From Asaia bogorensis (GTDB lineage: Bacteria > Bacteroidota > Bacteroidia > Chitinophagales > Chitinophagaceae), in contig CALRVE020000009.1 of assembly GCA_943371535.1 (NCBI GenBank), positions 21,262 through 85,261 of the forward strand: 64,000 nt of DNA, read 5' to 3'. The notes beneath the pieces were generated by a model that saw only the letters and a program-made list of their open reading frames with translations, was not told the DNA's origin and ran no database searches. The position numbers were made by a program, and so were the translations under genes. Below are positions 57,201 to 64,000 of this stretch, one piece after another (positions within the stretch are counted from its first letter, which is position 1; every line of letters starts with the position of its first letter).

Positions 57201-59792
57201 TATAGCTGCAGATGCTGTACCATTATTGATGGCTATAAAAGTACCAGCGTTTACCCGATATTGCAAAGTAGCACCAGCATCGGTAGAAGTGGGTGTAAAA
57301 GTAATACTAGTAGTACCATTTTGCTGTATACTGGTATAACTAGTAGTATTTGGTGAAAACATTGGACCACTTAAAAAGCCAGTACTTAAAGTTATATTAC
57401 TCAAATTAGCATTGTTACTTAATGCCCTTGTAACAACAATAGTATATGTTTTAACAGTTACTCCATCGGCTGCTGTAACTTGAATATTAATAGTATTGGC
57501 TCCTATATTTAATGGCAAAGTTGCAGAATTAGCTCCGTTATTTACAACTGAAAAGCTACCCCCATTTATGTTTACCCTTATTGTTGCACCATTTACAGCA
57601 ATAGTTGGTCTTACGGTTATACCACTTGTGCCATTGGGTAAACTTACTGTATAATTGATTATACCGCCTACAAACGTTGGCGATAATGTACCTGTACTAA
57701 TGGTTAATGCAAATAAATCGGCTACATTGGTTGGTTTGTTTACGGTAATATTATATGTTTTTGTTGTTGTACCATCTTGTGCAGTTACCAATACATTAAT
57801 AGTATTGTTTCCATTATTTAATACCAACCCTGTTGAAGGACTCCCGTTGTTAGTTGCAAAATAAGTTCCTCCATTTACATTTAGCCTTATGGTAGCGTTG
57901 GGCTCATTACTAGTAGGTGTAACAGTTACTACACTGCTTGAACTTAATACAGTAGTTGTATAAACTGTTGTGTTTGCATCAAATACTGGTGATAATGTAC
58001 CTACACTCATGGTTAATGCACTTAAATTAGCATCATTACTTGTAGCCCTAGTAATAAAAATAGTGTAGGTTTTAATAGTAGTGCCATCTTGTGCAGTTAC
58101 TTTAACATTAATGCTATTACTGCCTACATTTAATAAGTAGTTTGAAGAAGTACTACCACTTGTAAGTGTTGTAAAACTGCCATTATTAAAGTTTACTTGT
58201 ATTGTAGCGTTGGTTTCACTAACAGTAGGTGTAACAGAAAAACTAGCTGTAGTATTTGGAACACTCACATTATATGAAGTTGTAGCCGAATTAAAAACAG
58301 GTACTAAAGTGCCTGTACCAATAGCCAATGCACTTAAATTGGCGTTGTTGCTGGGTACAAATACATTGCGTAAAACTGAAACTGTATTTACATTGGGGCC
58401 ACTGTTGGCAGTAACAATATCTAATCTCCCATCGCTATTAAAATCTCCAACTGCAACACTTGAAGGACCAGTTCCTGTTGATACATCTACTTTAGTTGCA
58501 AAACTTATAGTAGTAGCTGTTGAAGTATTTCTTAAAATAGAAGTTGAATTAGCCGTTGAACCACTATTAGCCGTTGCAATATCTGGCTTTCCATCACCAT
58601 CAAAATCGCCTACTGATAAGGATGCAACACTAGTTCCACTTGCAAAATTTACCCTTGTTGCTAAACTTATGCTACCAATTGTAGAAGTATTTCTAAATAC
58701 AGCTACTTGGTTACTGTTTAAAACGGCAACTGCGATATCATTTTTATTATCGCCATTTAAATCTACTATAGCAACAGAAAATGGACCTGTGCTACTTGCA
58801 TAATCTACTTTAGAGGCAAAACTTATATTACCAGTAGAGGAAGTATTAAGTAATACTGAAATATTTTCGCCAAATTGATTGGTTGTTACAATATCTGCCT
58901 TAGTATCGCCATCAATATCGCCAATAGCAACCGATACTGGAAAAGAACCAGTTGCCATACTTACAGCAGTGGCAAAACTGATAGTACTTGAAGTAGATGT
59001 ATTTCGTAACACAGAAACACTAGCAGCGTTTGAATTAGCAACAGCCACATCTACCTTTCCATCTCCATCTACATCGCCACAACTAATAGAACGAGGGTTT
59101 GTGCCAACAGTAACATCTACTTTAGCTGCAAAATTAATATTGCCACTAGTAGAAATATTTTTAAATGCAGAAATAGAGTTACTATTTAAATTGGTAACTA
59201 CTATATCTAATTTCCCATCGCCATTAATATCTGCAACGCATAATCCATAAGGTGTTGTACCAGTTACAAAGTCGGTTTTAGCAGCAAAATTGATGGTTGA
59301 GCTTGTTGAAGTATTACTGAATATTGAAATAGTATTTGAAGATTGATTGGTAACTATCATATCTACTTTTCCATCCCCATCCATATCACCAACAGCCACC
59401 GACCTAGCAATTGCACCTGTTGCAAAATCTTGTTTGGCAGCAAAATCGGCAGTTGTAATACCTGTTTTTGCAGGGCTATAAATAGGGTTAAATTGTAATA
59501 CACTATATGCCATTAATCCAGAACTAGTATTTAAAACTGTTATTGGAGCATAAGTAGCACCAATAGGAACAGTTACTGTAAGATTGGTAGCTGTTGCTGC
59601 TGTTACAGTTGCTTGTGCTGCACCAAAAAATACTATATTGTTTACTGTTGTTGTACTGAAATTTGTACCAGTAATAACAACTGCATCGCCAGGCTTTGAA
59701 GCTATAGGGGCAAAAGAATTAATGGTTGGTTGGGCATTTACCATTTGTAAAACCAAGCAAGTAATTAGGTACAAAGTAATATTCAGTTTCAT
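54225..59792 (-). CDS. Giant T9SS-secreted adhesin-like protein: [IPT/TIG + FG-GAP/VCBS propeller] - 7 cadherin-like beta-sandwich modules - [IPT/TIG + FG-GAP propeller] - C-terminal sorting domain
   Basis: Signal peptide and two IPT-like segments (PTI(N/S)SF.P...KPGD.V.I.GTNF). There are many GD(I/V/M)DGDGK.D..V.N FG-GAP repeats. Seven modules of about 100 aa start N(A/P)(N/D)LS.L..S.GTLSP.F...T..Y and end ..TAQDG.T.KTYT. The C-terminus is LLVYPNPVTNGILNIDL...YILKI. Confidence 0.85.
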   Translation of the reverse strand: MKLNITLYLITCLVLQMVNAQPTINSFAPIASKPGDAVVITGTNFSTTTVNNIVFFGAAQATVTAATATNLTVTVPIGATYAPITVLNTSSGLMAYSVLQFNPIYSPAKTGITTADFAAKQDFATGAIARSVAVGDMDGDGKVDMIVTNQSSNTISIFSNTSTSSTINFAAKTDFVTGTTPYGLCVADINGDGKLDIVVTNLNSNSISAFKNISTSGNINFAAKVDVTVGTNPRSISCGDVDGDGKVDVAVANSNAASVSVLRNTSTSSTISFATAVSMATGSFPVSVAIGDIDGDTKADIVTTNQFGENISVLLNTSSTGNISFASKVDYASSTGPFSVAIVDLNGDNKNDIAVAVLNSNQVAVFRNTSTIGSISLATRVNFASGTSVASLSVGDFDGDGKPDIATANSGSTANSTSILRNTSTATTISFATKVDVSTGTGPSSVAVGDFNSDGRLDIVTANSGPNVNTVSVLRNVFVPSNNANLSALAIGTGTLVPVFNSATTSYNVSVPNTTASFSVTPTVSETNATIQVNFNNGSFTTLTSGSTSSNYLLNVGSNSINVKVTAQDGTTIKTYTIFITRATSNDANLSALTMSVGTLSPVFDANTTVYTTTVLSSSSVVTVTPTSNEPNATIRLNVNGGTYFATNNGSPSTGLVLNNGNNTINVLVTAQDGTTTKTYNITVNKPTNVADLFALTISTGTLSPTFVGGIINYTVSLPNGTSGITVRPTIAVNGATIRVNINGGSFSVVNNGANSATLPLNIGANTINIQVTAADGVTVKTYTIVVTRALSNNANLSNITLSTGFLSGPMFSPNTTSYTSIQQNGTTSITFTPTSTDAGATLQYRVNAGTFIAINNGTASAAIPLSLGSNIIEILVTAQDGITTKTYTVDIIRANNNANLSNVTTSAGSLSPVFSANTTEYVVNTILSNGVNSVTITPTLADTNGTIRVRSWSGIVGAGEPTGTASFTTPSGAISLPLLLVGNSTVIEIRVTAQDGTTSKVYNIRVVRSLNNNANLTALSLTVGTISPVFSTNTTAYTANVTNTTTSVRVNFTREIFNSVVNIRQSGGGYTSYALTGGGGSQQSNQFNLNIGSNQIELLVVAQDGITTKLYTINIIRAGSPNPDLSNLVLSVGTLSPSFSTGNISYTATVPATISFMAFTATAVDASTTIKYGMNGTIDQPVVSGSQSPSLQLNISQGLNLLQITVSNGGNLPAKTYTVRITRLGHGPTISSFTPLSAKPGDIVTINGTNFRDANINDNIVYFGATKATLTAVTSTQITAIVPSGATYAPITVLNASPALSGTSTQKFNPIYAPAKTSITSGDFAARVNYDVNRRRLTSVAVGDIDGDGKPDMAATAYYEVLPVLTVFRNTSTSGGVSFAPRMEISTAETPIFVTMGDIDGDGKLDMAVLCFNKISILLNTSTNGTISFAPKEDITIASNARSLAIGDIDGDGKPEIVIAHDWNFMFSVIRNTSILGVVSFQPAVSFATNFNYKSVTIADIDGDKKLDVVTSDFSVRLNTSTIGQITFAPMTRIVDAVADKVITSDIDGDGKLDVIGNGAAVYRNNSREGTVTFERTLRYPTSIGGTSSIDVGDIDGDGKPDLILTNFSGGSTVTNTVEIRKNLSTNGVIHFAAAVSINTGRKPVALAVNDLDGDNKPDIITVNEDDNNLSVFRNADIVLPITLNKFTVVKQNNTALLQWTSAAEINAKQYEVENSFNGLRFNKIGTLQAKGMVSEYRFTDYHLPTNASTIYYRLKLVDKDGKFSYSEIRKVDFSSTKNTLLVYPNPVTNGILNIDLGETISKNEAYIITTIDGKIVQEGVINARQTSITIKSDFKGTYILKIANRQPIKIMIN

Positions 59793-59801
59793 ACAAAAAT
59801 A

Positions 59802-59827
59802 TTTATGTAAAAATACTTTTACATAAA
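59802..59827. promoter_or_regulatory. Perfect 11-bp inverted repeat TTTATGTAAAA-atac-TTTTACATAAA, 10 nt upstream of the giant gene start codon
   Basis: Seen directly in the sequence. The position suggests an operator or a 5'-leader hairpin. Confidence 0.4.
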
Positions 59828-59992
59828 CCCTTTTAGCTAAGCAATTTTACTGAATTTAACTACGTATATTTTGGTATTTTGCTAGAACTGTAAATACAAT
59901 AATTTTTCTTATATAACTCTTTGTACCATTTATAAGTTTCAAGATTATTGAGTATTAAAAAGTGTAGGTTGTATTTACCCACCCTTTATAAC

Positions 59993-60024
59993 AAAAAAAC
60001 CATCGCATTTAACGATGGTTTTTT
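59993..60024 (-). terminator. Rho-independent terminator of the M1 peptidase gene
   Basis: AAAAAAACCATCG-catttaa-CGATGGTTTTTT. Confidence 0.7.
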
Positions 60025-60046
60025 ATTGAATAAAAACTTCAATGTA

Positions 60047-62455
60047 TTATTTGGTTCCTGCATTCTTTTCATTAGCAGCTTGCATTGGATTTTTTCCTGA
60101 ACCACCAGGATTTCTGCGATTGCCGGCCCCTGCTTTAAATAAAGAAAATTTACTAGCTTCTTTCCATTCGCCTTTAGGCCAAACATTGTTCTTCTCATCT
60201 ATATCTGCTGTTTCACGCATTGGATCTAACTTAATGGCTGTTGCTTTTTTCTTTACTATAAATACTTTACTCACTTTATTTTCATTCTTACGCCAAATTT
60301 GAGCCGGTATTTTTTCTACTTCAGTAGTACCATCTTCAAAAGTAAATTCAACAATAATTGGCATAACCAAGCCGCCTTTATTGCTAAAACTCACTTCATA
60401 TAAATAAGTGTTGGCGTATTTAGCTTTATCCTCGGCCGTTAACACTTCTGGTGTTGTAGCTGGCCTTGCAGCTGGAAAATACTTAGTAGTATCATAAGGT
60501 TCTATACCTCTTGCATAACGCCAATAAAAATCTCTTAAACTAGTATCAGCATCGGTTTGAAAGATGATATTTTTATCGGTTCTATTTCTAATTTTAGAAA
60601 TATCTTCAAAACTATTTACCAATGGCTTATCTAAAGAACGTGCACCAGAATTGGTTACACCACCACCTCTTGATCCAGCAGCTTCTAAATCAACCACTGC
60701 ATATTTTACCGTATCAATGGCAATATCGCAAGGTTCAATACCATAAAACCATCCTCTCCAAAACCAATCTAAATCTTCGCCACTTGCATCTTCAATGGTT
60801 CTAAATAAATCGGCTGGTGTTGGGTGTTTAAATGCCCATCTTCTAGCATATTCTCTAAAAGCAAAATCAAATAATTCTCTTCCTACAACAGTTTCTCTCA
60901 AAATATTTAAGCCTGTTGCTGGCTTGCTATAAGCGTTAGGACCAAATTGAATAATGTTTTCACTATTGGTCATAATTGGCTCTAATTGATCTTTTGGTAA
61001 ACGCATATAATCGGCAATGGTGAAGGCTGGTCCACGGCGTGATGGAAATTTATTATCCCATAATTCTTCTGTTAAATATTCTACATAAGTATTCAAACCT
61101 TCATCCATCCAACTCCACTGACGTTCGTCACTGTTGATAATCATTGGAAAAAAGTTATGACCTACTTCATGTATAATTACACCCAACATTCCATTCTTTG
61201 TAGATTCGGTATAAGTGCCATCTTTTTCAGTTCTACCATAATTAAAACAAATCATTGGATACTCCATTCCATTGCTAGCTTCTAAACTTTGTGCAACTGG
61301 ATATGGATAAGGAATAGAAAACTTAGAATAAGTTTTAATGGTATGTGCAACTGCTTTGGTAGAATATTTTCTATATAGACCATAAGCTTCTTTACCATAG
61401 CCACTCATACACATTACTTTTTTACCTTCTACATAAGCAGGCATAGCATCCCAAATAAATTTACGAGAACTTCCCCAAGCAAAATCTCTAACATTAACGG
61501 CATTAAAAACCCAGGTTTTCTTTTGTGTACTTTTTGAAGTCTCTGCTTTTTTAGCTTCTTCAAGCGTTACAACTTCTACTGGTTCTTTTGCTTTTTGTGC
61601 AGCAGCCCAACGTTGCAACTGTGCTGGAGTTAATACTTGATTATAGTTTTGACATTCGCCTGTTGCCAATACAACATGATCGGCGGGTACCGTCATTTGT
61701 ACTTTATAATTACCAAAAGTTAAAGCAAATTCTCCACGACCAGTGAACTGATGATTTTGCCATCCTTGAAAATCGCTGTACACACATAAACGTGGAAACC
61801 ACTGTGCCATAGTAAATAAATGGTTACCATCTTCTGGGAAAAACTCATATCCACCTCTTCCACCAAGTGTCATTCTATTCGGAATTTTATAATTCCAACC
61901 AATTTTAAAAACAAATTGCTGACCTGGTTTTAATGGAGTTGGCAAATCAACCCTCATCATGGTTTTGTTAACAGTATAGCTTAGTTTTTTACCCAACGCA
62001 TCGGTTAACTGTGTAATATTGATACCATAACCATTATCGGTTTTATCGTCAGCCATTGCATCTAATTGAGTGGTAGTAACCATTCTACTTAAATAAGTAG
62101 CATCTTGATAATTGGCATTTTTTACTGAGCTATGTTCATTCTCGTCTAACTGTAACCATAAGTAAGTTAACACATCTGGAGAGTTGTTGTAGTATTTTAA
62201 GGTTTCTACACCAGTTAGTTTTAAATTTTTTTCATCCAACTCACATTGAATATCATAATCGCAACGTTGCTGCCAGTATTTATTACCTGGTGCACCACTT
62301 GCTGTTCTATACTCATTTGGTGTTGGTAAAATAGTACCCAACTGTTCAAATTTATTTCCATGATTTGAAGTGGGATTGTTCATAATGTTTTGTGCATGGG
62401 CATTTACAATACCTGCAACAAGCATCAACAGTAGCATCAATTTTCTCATAATCAT
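60047..62455 (-). CDS. M1 family metallopeptidase (aminopeptidase N-like), secreted
   Basis: Signal peptide and a zinc motif HEVGHNFF...18 residues...WMDEG (HExxH-x18-E). Confidence 0.9.
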   Translation of the reverse strand: MIMRKLMLLLMLVAGIVNAHAQNIMNNPTSNHGNKFEQLGTILPTPNEYRTASGAPGNKYWQQRCDYDIQCELDEKNLKLTGVETLKYYNNSPDVLTYLWLQLDENEHSSVKNANYQDATYLSRMVTTTQLDAMADDKTDNGYGINITQLTDALGKKLSYTVNKTMMRVDLPTPLKPGQQFVFKIGWNYKIPNRMTLGGRGGYEFFPEDGNHLFTMAQWFPRLCVYSDFQGWQNHQFTGRGEFALTFGNYKVQMTVPADHVVLATGECQNYNQVLTPAQLQRWAAAQKAKEPVEVVTLEEAKKAETSKSTQKKTWVFNAVNVRDFAWGSSRKFIWDAMPAYVEGKKVMCMSGYGKEAYGLYRKYSTKAVAHTIKTYSKFSIPYPYPVAQSLEASNGMEYPMICFNYGRTEKDGTYTESTKNGMLGVIIHEVGHNFFPMIINSDERQWSWMDEGLNTYVEYLTEELWDNKFPSRRGPAFTIADYMRLPKDQLEPIMTNSENIIQFGPNAYSKPATGLNILRETVVGRELFDFAFREYARRWAFKHPTPADLFRTIEDASGEDLDWFWRGWFYGIEPCDIAIDTVKYAVVDLEAAGSRGGGVTNSGARSLDKPLVNSFEDISKIRNRTDKNIIFQTDADTSLRDFYWRYARGIEPYDTTKYFPAARPATTPEVLTAEDKAKYANTYLYEVSFSNKGGLVMPIIVEFTFEDGTTEVEKIPAQIWRKNENKVSKVFIVKKKATAIKLDPMRETADIDEKNNVWPKGEWKEASKFSLFKAGAGNRRNPGGSGKNPMQAANEKNAGTK

Positions 62456-62462
62456 CTAATTT

Positions 62463-63044
62463 TTAAAAAGGTAAACGTGTTAAAACCATTTCTGTAGCAA
62501 TGCCAAATATAGCACCACTAGTAAATAATATAAATTCTCTTTTATTAAGTTTCATAATATTCAAGCAAATAAAACCAATTACTAAAACAACCAACACCAC
62601 TAAAAGTTGGGCTGCTTCTATACCCACATTGGCATACAACAAATTGAGTGCAGCACTAAAACCTGTACCTTCTAAAGCCACAAATTCGCTGGCAAAGCCC
62701 ATTCCATGTATTAAGCCAAAAAACAATGCAAAAAAGTAAATAGGCGAAAATTTACTTTTATCGTTCCCCTTCTTTACAAATAAGTTACTAGTGGCTGTAA
62801 CAACAATGGTAAATGCAATAAAAAACTCAATCCAGTTTTTGGGCAAACTAATGCTATTGTACATTGCAAGTACCAATGTTATACAATGCCCTATAGTAAA
62901 TGCAGTTACTAAGAAAAACAGTTTTTTCCAATCAGAAAATTGGTAACGCAATGAAAGGGCAGCCATAAATAAAATGTGGTCTAATGCCCCCCAAGTAGCT
63001 ATATGGTGAAAACCTAAATCAAAATAAATTGAAAAATTACTCAT
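62463..63044 (-). CDS. HupE/UreJ family membrane protein
   Basis: G.HHI..G.DH..F motif (LGFHHIATWGALDHILF), 5-6 TM segments, and a HG motif (GLIHGMGFA). The ATG at 63044 is preferred. Confidence 0.8.
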   Translation of the reverse strand: MSNFSIYFDLGFHHIATWGALDHILFMAALSLRYQFSDWKKLFFLVTAFTIGHCITLVLAMYNSISLPKNWIEFFIAFTIVVTATSNLFVKKGNDKSKFSPIYFFALFFGLIHGMGFASEFVALEGTGFSAALNLLYANVGIEAAQLLVVLVVLVIGFICLNIMKLNKREFILFTSGAIFGIATEMVLTRLPF

Positions 63045-63163
63045 CTTATTTGAATGGAACTTATAAAACATGAATTACTGTTTAAACCAAACAAACATGC
63101 ATTTTTAACGGTTAAGTTTGAAAATTAATAAGGATGTTTGCCGCTGCAAAATAATGTAGATAA

Positions 63164-63652
63164 ATGGCAAATAGTATATTTCAATGGTTAATGACAAGTG
63201 TTGTAGCTGTGTTACATCCTTTTTTTGTAAGTGTAATTGAGTTAAACCATAACCCTAAAGAAAAATCTGTTGAAATAAGTATGAGAATTTTTACCGACGA
63301 TTTTGAAGCTACCTTAAAAAAATTTGGCAACACAAAAATTGATTTAACCAATCCAACCAATAAAACAGCTACCGACGAATTAATTGTAAATTATGTACGC
63401 CAGAAATTAAAAGTAACGATTGATAATAAGGCCACTGTTTTAGAATATGTTGGCTACGAAATAAAAAAAGAAAGCGTTTGGTTATATTTTGAAATTGACC
63501 ATATTGCTACCGTAAAAAAAGTAGACATTAACTGTAATTTATTATACGATTACGAACAAAAGCAAATCAATATTTTTCATGTAAAAGCCAACGGCAAAGA
63601 AGAAAGCTATAAACTAGAATATCCAAACAACAGTAAAAGTTTTCAATTTTAA
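63164..63652 (+). CDS. Hypothetical protein (DUF6702-like)
   Basis: HPFFVSVIELNHNPKEKSVEISMRIFTDDFE resembles a Bacteroidota family that I recall sitting next to HupE genes. The name is from memory only. Confidence 0.5.
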   Translation: MANSIFQWLMTSVVAVLHPFFVSVIELNHNPKEKSVEISMRIFTDDFEATLKKFGNTKIDLTNPTNKTATDELIVNYVRQKLKVTIDNKATVLEYVGYEIKKESVWLYFEIDHIATVKKVDINCNLLYDYEQKQINIFHVKANGKEESYKLEYPNNSKSFQF

Positions 63653-63654
63653 GT

Positions 63655-64000
63655 ATGAAGAAATTACTCTTAGTATTTTGTAGTTGCATTATATTCAGTA
63701 TAAGCTATGCACAAGATGAGTGTAACGAAATGAATACTATATACATTCGTTTAGATTCAATAGCTAAAGCAGCAGTATTGAAAACTGAAGTAGGCAAGTT
63801 TGCAAAAGACAGCATTTTTACATTAGGAAAAACCTTTGAATTATTCAACACAAAAAACCACTTGAACAGAAACCCCATGTTAACAACAATGGGTGGTTTA
63901 GCTATATTTTATTTTGATGAAACAGCTCAACCCAATATTCAAGCCCTTCTTGAAATGTGTATTGAACGTTTAGTAACAAAAGAAAATCTTTACCTAAAAT
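63655..64000 (+). CDS. Hypothetical secreted protein, 3' end outside window
   Basis: Not in the ORF track because no stop is reached. ATG at 63655 gives MKKLLLVFCSCIIFSISYAQDECNEMNTIYIRLD.., open to the window end, starting 2 nt after the previous stop. Confidence 0.5.
   Translation, partial: MKKLLLVFCSCIIFSISYAQDECNEMNTIYIRLDSIAKAAVLKTEVGKFAKDSIFTLGKTFELFNTKNHLNRNPMLTTMGGLAIFYFDETAQPNIQALLEMCIERLVTKENLYLK

Noticed and set aside
54249-59826. Many long plus-strand ORFs (for example 56602..57156 at 184 aa, 58210..58803 at 197 aa, 58879..59250 at 123 aa) antisense to the giant adhesin gene
   Set aside because: They lie entirely inside a convincing 1855-aa minus-strand gene. Their translations are low-complexity (V/L/T/P-rich) mirror images of the Thr/Asn/Gly-rich repeats. 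The long antisense frames are a compositional side effect.

Overview
AT-rich Bacteroidota-type chromosomal segment. Evidence: T9SS C-terminal sorting domains, TAnnTTTG-type promoter motif, GxxExxY gene, weak or absent Shine-Dalgarno sequences. It is mostly housekeeping and carbohydrate-utilisation genes. Left to right: a 5'-truncated TPR sensor kinase with a LuxR-type response regulator; a tightly packed minus-strand pectin/galacturonate operon (GH28, GH105, PL10, CE8, CE12, uxaB, uxaA, uxaC) with a divergent LacI regulator; one complete IS256-family element; comM, folD, queE, an OmpA/TolB-like protein and dprA; a umuD-like/umuC module bracketed and split by GC-rich palindromic repeats; korA without korB; nth, an ftsB-like gene and eno; an MFS transporter with a tiny membrane ORF, divergent from acs; a ParE-type toxin-antitoxin pair in a small accessory islet; phoD-like; a long class II (B12) ribonucleotide reductase; a GGGP-synthase/PcrB homologue; an M14 peptidase; a frameshifted GxxExxY gene; a 1855-aa T9SS adhesin-like protein; and an M1 peptidase / HupE / small-protein cluster. 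I saw no rRNA, tRNA or CRISPR array, and I did not recognise a classical defence island. The most unusual points are: (i) a UmuD homologue that by eye lacks both residues of the Ser-Lys autoproteolytic dyad while its UmuC partner keeps its catalytic acidic residues; (ii) a local family of GC-rich hairpin repeats around that module; (iii) many short 'word-stutter' or REP-like intergenic elements that share modules between distant intergenic regions; (iv) two genes broken by single lesions (an in-frame TAG and a T-run frameshift). All protein family calls come from reading the translations and from remembered motifs. No database search was run.
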